A stretch of 64,000 nt of DNA from Octopus vulgaris (GCA_951406725.2 OX597820.1:119102001-119166000), one strand, 5' to 3'; counted from the first letter of the stretch, positions 27,365 through 41,139 are shown. The notes: generated by a model not told the origin, from the sequence alone. Numbers and translations: made by a program.

Positions 27365-27415
27365 TCCATATACTGTCGTCAGTTTCGGCAATCTCCGTTG
27401 CCTCATCAGTACGGA
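27365..27415 (-). ncRNA. Canonical type I hammerhead ribozyme
   Basis: Minus strand TCCGTA-CTGATGA-GGCAA-CGGAGA-TTGCC-GAA-ACTG-ACGA-CAGT-A-TATGGA: intact core, stems I/II/III of 6/5/4 bp, GUA site. Confidence 0.85.
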
Positions 27416-27532
27416 TCAGCACGACTTGGAACTTAATTCTCTATCGATAAATAGATAGATAGATACGTACATATACGCACATTCTCCCGAGCACATACAA
27501 ATACACAGACACCCGCTCACACTTACGCACAC

Positions 27533-27843
27533 GGTGGAGGCACATGGCCTAGATGGTTAGAGCAGCGGACTCGTGGTCGAGGGATCGCCGGTTCAAATCT
27601 CAGACCGGGCGATGTGTGTGTTTATGAGCGAAAACACCTAAACTCCACGCGGCTCCAGCAGAAGTTAATGGCGAGCTTCTGCTGACTCTTTCGCTACAAC
27701 TTTCTCTCACTCTTTCCTCCTGCATCTTGCAGCTCACCTGCGACGGACCGGCGTCCCGTCCAGGTGGGGAAACTGCAGGCCAAGAAACCGGGAAACCGGC
27801 CCTTATGAGCCAGGCATGGCTCGAGAAGGAACAAAAACAAAAC
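27533..27843 (+). mobile_element. tRNA-derived SINE family C
   Basis: A/B-box-like head tggcctag.tggttagagc...ggttcaaatc; second copy at 36355; (AACAA)-like tail. Confidence 0.85.
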
Positions 27844-28246
27844 ACTTACGCACACACTCACTCACGCACACACATGCATGCGTAAATATACATTGCTAAA
27901 GCTTTCGTATGAAGGATTATACTAGAACTTCAAAGTAATTCTTTCCAGGACATTTTAGTAAATTGTTTTCCTCTATTTCGAGTATATGTCACCCATGTTA
28001 CGAATTAATTTAAATTAAATGCATCCCATATTGACTTTAACATTCCTATTTATTTAGCTGTGTTTCAACCGTTAGCCAAACATTTTACAAAGACCAATTA
28101 TTATCTTTAAACTTAAAATTCCCAAACCAACATCTTTTCATTGATATTTATCGATTAACTAATTATTTTAACCTATTATAATATTCTATCAGATCACCCC
28201 ATTGCATAACCATTAGTCTAACTTTAAATGTTATTATTCGTTTATT

Positions 28247-28660
28247 GGCGCAGGAGTGGCTGTGTGGCAAGTAGCTTGCTTACCAGCCACATGGTTCCGG
28301 ATTCATTCCCACTGCGTGGCACCTTGGACAAATGTCTTCTACTATAGCCTCAGGCCGACCAAAACCTTTGGTAGACGGACACTGAAAGAAGCCCGTCGTA
28401 TATATGTATATATATATATGTATGTATGTGTGCATATGTTTGTGTGTCCGTGTTTGTCCCCCCGACATCGCTTGACAACCGATGCTGCTGTGTTTACGTC
28501 CCCGTAACTTAGCGGTTCGGCAAAAATACCGATAGAATAAGTACTAGGCTTCTAAAGAATAAGTCCTGGGGGTCGATTTGCTCGACTAAAGGCGGTGCCC
28601 CAGCATGGCCGCAGTCAAATGACTGAAACAAGTAGAAGAGGGTAAAAGAGATAAAAGAGA
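28247..28660 (+). mobile_element. SINE family B
   Basis: Same layout as the other B copies. Confidence 0.9.
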
Positions 28661-29248
28661 GAATCTAATTTCAAAAGTACAATCTCCTGAACGTTCGAAA
28701 ACTAGATCTCAAAATTTGCGTAACGTAATGACAGCCATAAAACCCTTTAAACTAACTAACAACGTACCGTTATAGATGCTGATTTTTTAATTTAATCTGA
28801 AGATGATTACGTTTAGCTGGTCTACACAAATGTGCTTTTCATTTTCACTGATATATACATTCACCATTCCTCCAAACTCTCAAATTAAATTTCCATATTC
28901 TTATGTTATCTCCCGTAACTATTTTACTGTTTTATCAATCATCTGTTCCACACAGTAATCTCTGCATAGTTTCTGTAACTACCATGACCCATCATTTAGT
29001 GTTAACTTCTTCATTCCTTACCCGCTCTCATCATAGATTACATTCTGATCACTGCCATTCATTGATACCATCTCGATTGTATGTCGCCCCTCTTGTTGAG
29101 AGACCGCATGACTAAGCTCAAACAAAATGCAACAGCAACTATATATGTCCAAAGTCTGCTTTTCCTATTCTCAGCTTAAATGTAGCATCACCAGCGATAT
29201 TTCGAAGTAAACTGAGCAATCCTATTTCTACACGAAGTCAAAAACTAT

Positions 29249-29671
29249 ACTCTTTACACTTTTACTTGTTTCAGTCATGTGTCTGTGACCATGCTGGAGC
29301 ACCGCCTTTAGTCGAGCAAATCGACCCCAGGACTTATTCTTTGTGAGCCTTGTACTTATTCTATCGGTCTCTTTTGCCGAACCGCTAAGTTACGGGGACG
29401 TAAACACACCAGCATCGGTTGTCAAGCGATATTGGAGGGACAAACAAAGACACACAAACATATACACACACATACATATATATATACATATATATATATA
29501 CATATATATGACGGGCTTCTTTCAGTTTCCGTCTACCAAATCCACTCACAATGCTTTGGTAGGCCCGAGGCTATAGTAGAAGACACTTGCCGAAGGAGAC
29601 ATGCAGTGGGACTGAACCCGGAACCATGTGGTTGGTAAGCAAGCTACTTACCACACAGCCACTCCTACGCC
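29249..29671 (-). mobile_element. SINE family B
   Basis: Same layout as the other B copies. Confidence 0.9.
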
Positions 29672-29812
29672 TAGCTGCACTTTGACTAAATTTTCTTTAG
29701 TTTGGTAGCGCTGCCTTCAGTGCTCACGTGCTAAAAGGTGCTACTGTTCCTGTTACGTGAACAATGTTTGACTTGATCAATCCAGGACCCTTTCTTGTGT
29801 TACTGGGTAAAC

Positions 29813-29978
29813 ATGGCCGCTTCGTTAGCAATGTGTAGTGAGGAAAAAGAGAGATGAGTGATCCGATTTCTCTGGTCCTAAAATGTGACTGGGGTTGAAA
29901 TTCATCGCAGGCTTTCAGTACAATTCGGGGACATCGATAGAATGTGTATGAGTGAATCTAGCATTTTAAAAATAGCCA
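29813..29978 (+). pseudogene. Mariner transposase N-terminal fragment
   Basis: MAASLAMCSEEKER*VIRFLWS*NVTGVEIHRRLSVQFGD...VYE*I*HFKN resembles the mariner HTH region; contains stops. Confidence 0.7.
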
Positions 29979-31236
29979 TATTAATATATATATATATGAG
30001 TACAGGTTCTGTTTCTCACGAATAAATGGGGCCAATTTATACGGGAAATAAAAAGAAAATGATTTGAAATCTTTATCAATGCATCAGAGAGTAAAGAAAG
30101 GCATAATATTTACATTTCTATTAAAACATGTTACCGGTTTCAATCGTAATTTTACGAAGATTTACTCATAAATTGTTGCATTCTGACACACATACTCACA
30201 AACACGCAAACACAACACATCTATAAAGATGTATATACAAAACATATATATGTGTGTGTGTCTGTGTATGTATGTACGTATGTATGTGTGTGTACATATA
30301 CATCTAGAGAAAGCCGTAACATATGTACTATGGAAAAGTCTATCAAAATTGTTTTGTAAGTTTTGTAGATATTAAAAGTTATATATATCAGTGGGAAAAC
30401 TCAGGCTCTTGGAATTTCGAAAAACAATATAAAATGACGCATATTTCGAACGAGTTTGATTAATTCACATTTCTATGAACTCTAATTTATCTGGTTGTAT
30501 ATTTGTATTTTTAATTTTAATTGCATTTACTGGTTTTCTGTGTGCTAGTAGGGAAGTGTGTTTGTTTGTATCGGTAAGATGTATCTGTTCATATGGACAA
30601 AAGGTTTGTTTAGGAAATTAGAAAATAATCTGGATAAATTGAATTTGTCAGCCATTGTGGTGGGTAGCGTGGTGTTGCAATTAGGAAGAGGGTAGAAGGG
30701 CAGATAATTAGGGATTTTGCGAGTACCAAAATTATGAATGCTTCGTTTTTTATTTTAGCGGCGCTAAGGATTAGAAGCCGGAACAAAGATTAAAATATGC
30801 AAGGAGTGGTGTAGCGGTTATAAGGTTTGTTTGTGAGAAAAGAATTTTAAGTTGGGTATGTTTATTTTAAAGACAATTAAGGTCATATAGTCTGAAGGAA
30901 AAGGGTAAAGTGGTTGGGAACTCACGTTTGTTAGATTTCAAGTGGAGTTTTTTTTTAAAAAGAATGAAACTAAATTAGTTTCATTATGAGGGGGAAATGT
31001 GGTGTAGAGAAAGCAATGTTGAGAACAATATGTTGGTGGGTATTTGGTATGCACGAAGAGAGAAACGGAGTTAAGGGTTAAATATGTCTACATAACGGGT
31101 GCGCTAACAATGCCAAAATATAACAATATCTGTGTAACTCTTGATGTATGTGGCTGCGTATCTCTCTGCCTGTCTGTCTGCTTCTCTGGTTGTTTCTCTC
31201 TTTCTCTTTGTGTGTGCGTATGCATGTATGTGTATG

Positions 31237-31313
<77 letters not shown>

Positions 31314-31315
<2 letters not shown>

Positions 31316-31529
31316 CCTATGTATATTGTATGAGCGTACATATTTATGCGTGTATGTATGCATGTATACATGTGTATATATATATATATGTGTGTGTGTG
31401 AATCATATTATATATATATATATATAATATGATACACACACACATATATATATATATACATATATATGCACATGTATAGATGCATACATACACGCATAAA
31501 TATGTACGCTCATACAATATACATAGGCT
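31314..31529. repeat. Near-perfect palindrome centred on a (TA)n tract
   Basis: agcctatgtatattgtatgagcgtacatatttatgcg... mirrored by ...cgcataaatatgtacgctcatacaatatacataggct. Confidence 0.9.
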
Positions 31530-32366
31530 TGTGTGTGTGTGTGTGTGTGGAGAGAGAGAGAAAGCGAGAGATAGAGACAGAGAAGGAGAGAGAGATAGAG
31601 AGAGAAGGAGAGAGAGAACAGCTACTTACAGATATTGCTATTTGTGCAATTTAAAACAAAGTTATAAGTCAGTAGACTAGAGAAAAAGTAAAAATACAAA
31701 CAAAAAACAAAGAAAAAGACTGGTGGAAAATGTAGAGATGAAGAAGAAGAGAGAGAGAGAGAGGGAGGAGTTTAAGAAAGAGAAGAAGAATATTTTAAAC
31801 AAGAAACCTATGTAAAGAGAGTGGGAGAGGGGACAGAGGTAGGGGGCAGTAGTGAAAGCAATAGGCGAGAAAGAGGGATGGGGAGAGGTGGGACTCAGTG
31901 AGGCAGCGAGAGAGTGAATAATGGCGGAAGAATTTAATATACATTTGAGAGAGAGAGAGAGAGAGAGAGAGGGAAAGAGAGAAAATGAGGAAAAGGAAAA
32001 GAGAAAGAGAGAGGTGGTGAGATCGAGAAATGGAGAAATATGAGAGTATTTCTAAGAGCTGTTATAGAATAAAATTAAAAACCAAAAAAAGAAGAAGACA
32101 AGTTTTAAATGAACAGTTTTGATGATTAAGGTAAAGTTTTATTTTCGAGTCACGTATGAAAATGACACTTCATGATATTTCTGGAAGTAAAACTAACGCC
32201 GAAAACCCCGTCTCTAGCTGCAGGCATCGTTAAAATGACTGCAACCAATTTTACGAATCAATCAGAGATGGCTGATTACCTGCTCAATTTGGACTAACTT
32301 CATGGACACACACGCACGCACGCACGCACATGTGAATGTGTGGGGAGTGTTTGTGTGTGTATGTGT

Positions 32367-32409
<43 letters not shown>

Positions 32410-32495
32410 GTAGTAGTTGTACTTATGTGTGTGAGTTTACGAATATGCATATTCAGTGTGTGACGTTGTATAAATGTCTACTTCTGTTGGAGATG

Positions 32496-32604
<109 letters not shown>

Positions 32605-32730
32605 CGTGCGCGTGTGTGTGTAGGTGTGGTAGTAGCACTTATGTGTTTGAGTTAGCGAATATGCATATTCAGTGTGTGACGTTGTATAAATGTCTACTTC
32701 TCTTGGCGAAGGTGTGTGTATAAATATATA

Positions 32731-32797
<67 letters not shown>

Positions 32798-32999
32798 AAA
32801 CAGACTTACCGCCTCTGATGACTCGTATGTGGGTGTATATATTTCCCAATATATGTGAGTAGCGGTGTGTAAATAATTGTATATTTGAGAATGCGCGGGA
32901 GTTCGAATATATTTAGCCGAATGTGTATTGTGGATAAGTGTGTATACGTGTGTTTCTGTGTGTCTCTGTGTGCGTGCGAGTGAAAGTGCATGTGCGTAT

Positions 33000-33920
33000 G
33001 TATATGTGTGAGTGACGAGTGTGTAAGTCTGACTATGTACGTCTTTCTATGTGTAAATCATTTGTGTGTATATATATATATATGTATATATATGTCTATA
33101 AGCATGCGAACGTTGTATGATTGTTTGTATATATGTGTGTGAGTGACGAGTGTGTAAGTGTGACTATGTACGTCTTTCTATGTGTAAATTATTTGTGTGT
33201 ATATATATGTATATATATATATGTCTATAAGCATGCGAACGTTGTATGATTGTTTGTATATATGTGTGTGAGTGACGAGTGTGTAAGTCTGACTATGTAC
33301 GTCTTTCTATGTGTAAATTATTTGTGTGTATATATATGTATATATATATGTCTATAAGCATGCGAACGTTGTATGATTGTTTGTATATATGTGTGTGAGT
33401 GACGAGTGTGTAAGTGTGACTATGTACGTCTTTTTATGTGTAAATTATTTGTGTGTATATATATATATATGTATATATATGTCTATAAGCATGCGAACGT
33501 TGTATGATTGTTTGTATATATGTGTGTGAGTGACGAGTGTGTAAGTCTGACTATGTACGTCTTTCTATGTGTAAATTATTTGTGTGTATATATATATATA
33601 TGTATATATATATGTCTATAAGCATGCGAACGTTGTATGATTGTTTGTATATATGTGTGTGAGTGACGAGTGTGTAAGTGTGACTATGTACGTCTTTCTA
33701 TGTGTAAATTATTTGTGTGTATATATATGTATATATATATGTCTATAAGCATGCGAACGTTGTATGATTGTTTGTATATATGTGTGTGAGTGACGAGTGT
33801 GTAAGTGTGACTATGTACGTCTTTCTATGTGTAAATCATTTGTGTGTATATATATATATATATGTATATATATGACTATAAGCATGCGAACGTTGTATGA
33901 TTATTTGTATATATGTGTGT
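33000..33920. repeat. Minisatellite, 7 units of 127-133 bp
   Basis: gagtgacgag recurs at 33010, 33141, 33270, 33397, 33528, 33661 and 33788; length varies at an internal (TA)n. Confidence 0.95.
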
Positions 33921-34058
33921 AAGTTGTGAGTTTGAATGTTGTTACCGTTACAGAACACGTATGACTAAGTTAACATGAAGATATGTGTCGTTGAATGTAG
34001 ATGCACGAGTGAGTGGAGGTACGATCTGGCAAGGAATATATCACCGCGCATACGCATT

Positions 34059-34096
<38 letters not shown>

Positions 34097-34367
34097 AGTA
34101 GATGTGTGTGAGTGAGAGACAGATAAAGAGAATTGCATACGGATATACTCTTGATGTGTTAATGACAATATATATATATATATATATATATTTGTGCGTG
34201 CGTTTATGTGTCTATGTAACTATGTAAATGCTTGTGTTTAAGTGTATGTGTGTGTGTGTGTGTACAAGTGTGTATGTATGTGTTTGTAAGTGTGTTGCAC
34301 ACAAATATATTCTTGTATTTTAGCCAACTTCGCTTCTGGCTATTACCAGTATTTCAAATTCATTTAT

Positions 34368-34411
<44 letters not shown>

Positions 34412-34474
34412 GTATATATATGATGAGTGTATATAGTAACGTCCCGTGAATGTATCTAATATAGTGTTTCAGTC

Positions 34475-34601
<127 letters not shown>

Positions 34602-34602
34602 C

Positions 34603-34643
<41 letters not shown>

Positions 34644-35639
34644 GCGCGCGCGAGAGAGAGAGAGAGATACCATATATTATTGATGTGTATCTATAGTAAC
34701 GTCCCAGTTGAATCTATGTAATATATACATATATGAAAAGACGTTACCACACTCGCAGACACACAGACAAGCACAAAGAGGAAAAGCATGTAATTGTTAT
34801 TTGTCTTGTGGTCGTGGTTGTTTAGCCCTAAAGAAAGTCTGATTCAGTAGATTTGTGATTAAAAACCTTCCCGTTATGACCATCCCGACTTTTCCTATAG
34901 TTGTACGAAACTTAATTCTGTGTTACTTATTGATTTTGTTTTTTCTAAGATCGAAAATGTTATTTAGTGGTGATTTATCTGGTTGTTTTCTGTAGGTGAG
35001 GCAAAGACATAGCAGTCACATCTGCCCCAAATCCCACAATCACATTCTTAAAAATGATGTCTGTTTTGCTAGTGATGACTTGGTTCGTAGAAGCTCAGGA
35101 AAATAAATATGGCCAGAATAGTTTTGATCGCAAAGCTTCTAGACTGGAATTTACTAACAGTTAATCACCAAAATTTACACCAACAAGCAAAGACACTTAG
35201 ATATAAGTGCCAAGTCGATCTACATAAATTACCAGGTATAGCTACCTCGAATTACACCTTGACTTACAGAAGAAAGAAAACTTTGTAAAGCTGTCCTGTT
35301 TTTGAAAAAAAGTATGAGAAAATTGTCTATTCTAGAATAGCTTTCATCATATGGTTACACAATTACGAATGATATAATTATGACAACATTAACAATTACA
35401 ACAACAATACTGAATCAAGAGCAGTAACGATAATTCTTTATTATGATCATAAAAATCGATACAAAGATAGGACACTACTGGACAAAACACAATTACAAAA
35501 ATGTTATGTAGTTCGTATGATATTTAAAAATTTGGAATAATAAATATAACACTAGACTTTAAATTTATCCTTTTTTTAAATTAGAAAATAAATAAAACAG
35601 AACATAATTTTACCCGGGAGCCTGAAAGGCCCAGCAACT

Positions 35640-35904
35640 ATTTAGCGCGCGTCTACGATGAGTCTACGATTTAAAAAAAAATTTACCATCATTTTTTTCC
35701 ATTTTGATGCATTTTTTTCGCAATTATATAAGGGAAGTAACTCTCTAAAAATGTCTACGATTAGTCAACGATTAAAAAAAAATTTACCATAATTTTTTTC
35801 CATTTTTAACGCATTCTTTGCTATTTTTTGGCTATAACTCTCTAAAAATGCTTATATAGTTATTTCCCTTACAAACCCGAGCAACGCCGGGCGATACTGC
35901 TAGT
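35640..35904 (+). mobile_element. Helitron-like 3' end
   Basis: GC-rich hairpin cccgagcaacgccggg shortly before CTAGT; internal subrepeats upstream; left boundary uncertain. Confidence 0.65.
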
Positions 35905-36354
35905 CTCTAATATATAAGGGGAATATCTATTATCAAAGATCTTTTCAAAGATCTTCAAGTCTCTCTCTTTTTCTTTCTCACACTTCCCCCTCTTTCTCTC
36001 TCTTCTCACTGACCAACTGTACGGCTTCTGCAATGCCAAATCCATTGGAAATTTACTCTCTCATGATGATCACCAGTTGGCTTTCACTTTAGAAAAGCTT
36101 TACGTCTGTAATAACGTTGATCACGACATTAGCTGAACGTTCGATCGAGTCTGACAAATCTTGAAAGAAAATGTCCCATCTACTGGTTGCAACCATCTTC
36201 CATCTTGCTGACGTCACCTTTCTATCTTATGATAGTGACACGTGTTGGGCGTGATCCCACTGCCACACTCTCATTCAACTATAATGTTTCCAGCTTTCTG
36301 TTCAGACACTCAGACCTATATTTGTTATAAAATGACTGAATTGCCACTACATCG

Positions 36355-36658
36355 TTTTTGTTCCTTCTCGAGCCATGCATGGCTCATAACGGCCGGTTTC
36401 CCGGTTTCTTGGCGTATAGGTTCCCCACCTGGACGGGACGCCGGTCCATCGTAGATGAGCTGCAAGATGCAGGAGGAAAGAGTAAGAGAAAGTTGTGGCG
36501 GAAGAGTCAGCAGAAGTTTCGCCATTACCTTCTGCCGGAGCCGCATGGAGCTTAGGTGTTTCGCTCATAAACACACACATCGTCCGGTGTGAGATTCGAA
36601 CCCGCGATTTCTCGACCGCGAATCCGCTGCTCTAACCACTAGGCCGTATGCCTCCACC
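36355..36658 (-). mobile_element. SINE family C
   Basis: Reverse complement of 27533-27843. Confidence 0.85.
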
Positions 36659-37569
36659 CACTACATCCAACAAAGTCCACTAATATGTAACGGAAGAAAA
36701 TAATTTACGTCTTCAGGACTCACCACTTTTAGGTTACTGCCCTATTATTATATGTTTTACAAACATTCTCGACGTTTCAGTGCCCCGTGTGTCTTAAGCC
36801 TCATGGAATTTCGATGGTCATCTTGCAAGCACAGTGATCTAGTGAATGCATGGAATTCCAGTGTTCATCGTTCTTTACGTTGACACCCTGAATTCTCTTC
36901 TGAAGAAGCGTAAAGTTGTTGCAAAACGAATTATGCATACAAAGACTTGTGCCAGTTTCGCTTCCTTTTTACAGGGCACAGAAAAAACTCCGCTAATTTT
37001 CGTGAATCATAAGTACCTCAACTCTTTCCGATTGCATTTTTGGAAAAATTCTTGAATCAAAAAAAAAAAACAACATTTCCACGAGAAAGAGTCCCGAAAA
37101 GCTTCATCCAATAACTGATACTTGTACAAGTTCAGAATCCTCGTCTGACCACGTTGGAGAAACTGTTGTGTGAGAAGTGGTGTTATTGTAGACGGTGACA
37201 TTATATTATGAGATTATTTAAATAATAAAAACTTTGCATTAGAAATACAAGATAAATATGTATACATTCTTATATATCTTGAACAATCTATTTCTAAAAC
37301 TGTTTGATTTTTGCGTGATGTCTGCGCTGGTGTTTTGTTCACTGTAGCGAGGCAGATCTGGACGGCATTTCGTATTGAATTCTAGTTGGCGATGATGTCT
37401 CATTTCAAAGATCTTTTTCCCTATGAATACGAATTAGAAATATAAATACAAATAAATATCATGATAAATAAGAAATGCCGTCGCGAAATCCACCAAAGCA
37501 CAGTGTAAATAATCTATGACAATAATATTGGTAACGATAATAATGATGATGATGATGATGATGATGATC

Positions 37570-37642
<73 letters not shown>

Positions 37643-37689
37643 CAATGATAATAATAAAGGTTAAACAAGTGGAAAATAAAAATGATGAA

Positions 37690-38336
37690 TGGAAAATACT
37701 TGAGAGAAATCAAAGGGTAAGACAAGTCCAACACCGGGAGGTGGCTAAGAAAAAGTGATCTGAAATGATGCTCTGAGGCATTGATATGCAGCACCTAGAA
37801 ACATGCTCTGAGAACTAATTACACCAAGTTCCAAATAGATAAGAATAGCAAATTGCCCCTTTGCAGGATGTGTGGCAGCGAAAATGAAACAGTCTCTGGA
37901 TCAAAAGGAATACAGGATTGCAAAAAGAAGCATGATAACGATGCTAAGTTTGTTCACTGGAAATTGTATGACAAGTACGATACTGAAACAACTGAGAAAT
38001 GGTTCGAATACAAAATAGAAGGCGTCACCGGGGATATTGAGTATAAGATCTTATGGGCTTTTAAAATCCAGTGTGACTCAGGAATGGATGCTCGGAGACC
38101 AACAGCGCTGTAGTGGTTAAAAGGAAACCAAGCAGTCCTATATTTAAGAGGTGAAGAATTGTGTACATTTTTTTACATTATTTACATTTGACGGATATTT
38201 ATTCTCATCTTGTCCTCATCTGATTTACCCTTCAAAACTTCATCAGGTGTCTTGGGCAAATTTCGAACCTGGGTTCTCATTCCTAAGGTATTTTTCGATA
38301 TTGTTGTTGTTGCTGTTGTTGTTGTTGTTGTTGTTG

Positions 38337-38406
<70 letters not shown>

Positions 38407-38546
38407 CATTATTATTATTATTCAGGTCATTGCTTGGAATCGAACTCGGAATCTTGGGGTTAGTAGCCGTGCTCTTAACCACTACACTATATGCCAGTGG
38501 ACATATCATCATCATCAACAACAGCAACAACAACAACAACAACAAC

Positions 38547-38611
<65 letters not shown>

Positions 38612-39020
38612 CATCGAAAATACATTAGGAAGGAGAACTCAGGTTCGAAATTGCTCCAAGACACCCGATGAAGGCTGGAGGGTATATCAACTGAAACGTT
38701 GTGTTAACAAAAAACAAAATGAGGACAAATATCTGTCCAATTTAAATAATGTAAATAAGGAAACTAAGATCATCGATATATTCATACCTGTGTATGTAGG
38801 AGGTGATGACAAAAACCTGGAAAAGATTGAGAAACATAAAGACGAAATTGCATGAATGTGTAAGAAAATATCTTCCATCCCTTTGGTTGCAGGGTCGCTA
38901 GGATCACCAACCTTAGGTTTCAGGAATATGTCGGAGAAATTGGAATCGACTTGAATGTAGAAGATGCTCAGAAAATTACTCTGTTAGGGAGAGCGACGAT
39001 TTCGAATTTGAAATTGGTAT
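37690..39020 (+). mobile_element. R4/Dong-like non-LTR retrotransposon C-terminal fragment (zinc knuckle and restriction-like endonuclease), interrupted at 38133-38756
   Basis: LRTNY...CRMCGSENETVS...KHD...VHWKL...KILWAFKIQCD..ARRP | IIDIFIP...EKIEK; contains stops and frameshifts. Confidence 0.8.
38133..38756 (-). mobile_element. Composite element G: tRNA-like head, (AAT)n, HHR-bearing PLE-like tail, plus an inverted tail copy
   Basis: Head at 38421-38495 (-); inverted tail at ~38505-38756; 12-bp TSD aaggaaaccaag/aaggaaactaag. Confidence 0.8.
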
Positions 39021-39652
39021 TTTAGTGTTAAGTGTAGTGCAAAGGGACCCTCTGAGACCCGTGACAAAAGATTGGGCTTAAAGATTATTTTTATAGAGCT
39101 CACCTGAACTAGAATTTGCTGTGTAACAGGACCCCCTTATAAATTTGCAGTACAGGTCATGGCTTCCGACACGTGGTGATAATATATTCTGCACTATCTA
39201 AATTCAGCAAAGAGAATCAAGCTGACTAGAGAACCAAAATTTGGAAACTAAACGGTGTAGTTATTGTAGCAAAATACGAACTGGAGAATTGGTTATTCAC
39301 AAACTTGGCGATGCCGTTTGGAGCTTTATATTCTCTATTTGTTAGTTCAACATGACCAGCTGCTACGCTTAATTGAGACGCACAGACAGCCATAAAAACA
39401 GAAGGGTGATAAATGGAAGAAACAAAACATTGGAGTTAATCACTCTTAAAAATATTGATATCATGACTCAATGATCTATAAAAAACACAGCGATAGATAT
39501 ATCTCATTTGTTCTTACATAGTCAACAAACACAGGTTTTCTCACTTTGCTTCCGTTCTTATACATACATACATGTATGTATGTATATATATAAACATAGA
39601 TACATACATAGATACATATATATACATATACATACATACATACATACATACA

Positions 39653-39686
<34 letters not shown>

Positions 39687-39693
39687 AATATAA

Positions 39694-39902
39694 AGTTAAT
39701 CCAAACATGAAAACACAAAGAGAAAACACTACAACGCGAGGACGTGGAACAAATATAATATTATTGGACGCTCAGGAAGGAAGGAAAGAAGGAGGGTTTA
39801 ACGTTTCGAGCGGAGTTCTTCGTCGGAAACATAGGAAAAGGAAAGATCCAAAGAAGGGAACACGGAGGAAAAAATCGCCAACGGTACACACGCGGTCACA
39901 TT

Positions 39903-39903
<1 letters not shown>
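39694..39903 (-). mobile_element. Family F element copy
   Basis: Similar to 5197 and 5859; GAAACGTTAAAC intact but core and stem II mutated. Confidence 0.75.
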
Positions 39904-39985
<82 letters not shown>

Positions 39986-40640
39986 GATGTACTTGCATAG
40001 CGAGTAACTTGATCTGAGATCGTGTGCGAAAAGAAAAACTATTGCAGCGTGGAAGTTGTTTGTAAGCCATTCAAGAAATCACAAAAACCGTTAGCTTCAC
40101 TTCAACGCTAAAAATTCATTTGCGTCAAAATATATTCTCCGCTTTGAAACTGCGACCTCTTCACTGGCAACATTTGTGCTGCACGAGATGCAAATAAAAA
40201 GTCTCTTATTGAACGTTATGTATATTGTATAAACTCCAAATAACTACAAGTTGGTATATTCTTCTTCTAGGACACCTAGACCGGAAGTGAATTTTACCCT
40301 AAAAGCGATTTTAGTTTCCACTTCAATGAACTATATTTCCCGAATTAGATGTGTAGTTAGTATACTTCACATGTGTGTCTATGACCATGAATAATTGACC
40401 CACCTTTTTCTCAGACACTTTGTTTCACATTAATGGCATTTTAGGCACTGGACTTTTTCTATATTTTAGTAATGCCATATGTCAAGAATTTAGAGTTTTG
40501 AGTGGTATTTAATAAGTACACATTATTTCTTTCGTCTCTAGTAAGACAGTAGCTGGATTGTATTTTTACGTGTAATTGCAAAGAGTATTTTGGAAAAAAG
40601 TGGCGATCAGACAGAATATTTAAGACGCCCGATCAAATGC

Positions 40641-40686
40641 TTACTAGCATTTCGTTTGACTACAAAGTCAAACGAAATGCTAGTAA
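40641..40686. repeat. Perfect hairpin, 21-bp stem and 4-nt loop
   Basis: ttactagcatttcgtttgact-acaa-agtcaaacgaaatgctagtaa. Confidence 0.95.
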
Positions 40687-40777
40687 TTTACTTTATCTGT
40701 AAAATAAATAAATACGTGAACGAATAAATAAATAAGTAACTAAGGCAGCTGTATCACCTCCTGATGCATGAATACAG

Positions 40778-40823
<46 letters not shown>

Positions 40824-41139
40824 ATGTATTATGTATATATATGTATGTATATGTATATATATATATATGTATCTATGTATGTATCTATGTTTGTATATTC
40901 CGATTTCAAATTCCGCTGCGGTTGACTTTGTCCTTTATGCTTTCGGGGGTTGATGACATAAGTACCACCTGAGCACTGGAATCGATGTAGTCGACTTACC
41001 ACCGCCTCCGAAATCGCCGTGGTCAAATTTTGAAAGCTGAGAAGTCATGCGTGAAATGTAGAAGACATATCTTAATTCTTCCAGTTAAAATATTTAATCA
41101 TTGAGAAAGTTCTCTAATTAGAAATTACTGGGGATATGC

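Noticed and set aside
30125-30172. Minus-strand GAAAC-CG-GTA half-motif
   Set aside because: No intact CUGANGA partner.
33000-33920. Possible CRISPR-like array
   Set aside because: The units are wholly repeated with no unique spacers, and the context is eukaryotic.
38421-38495. tRNA-like sequences here and at the SINE heads
   Set aside because: A and B boxes are present but there is no complete acceptor stem or cloverleaf, and they are embedded in repeats, so they are not called tRNA genes.
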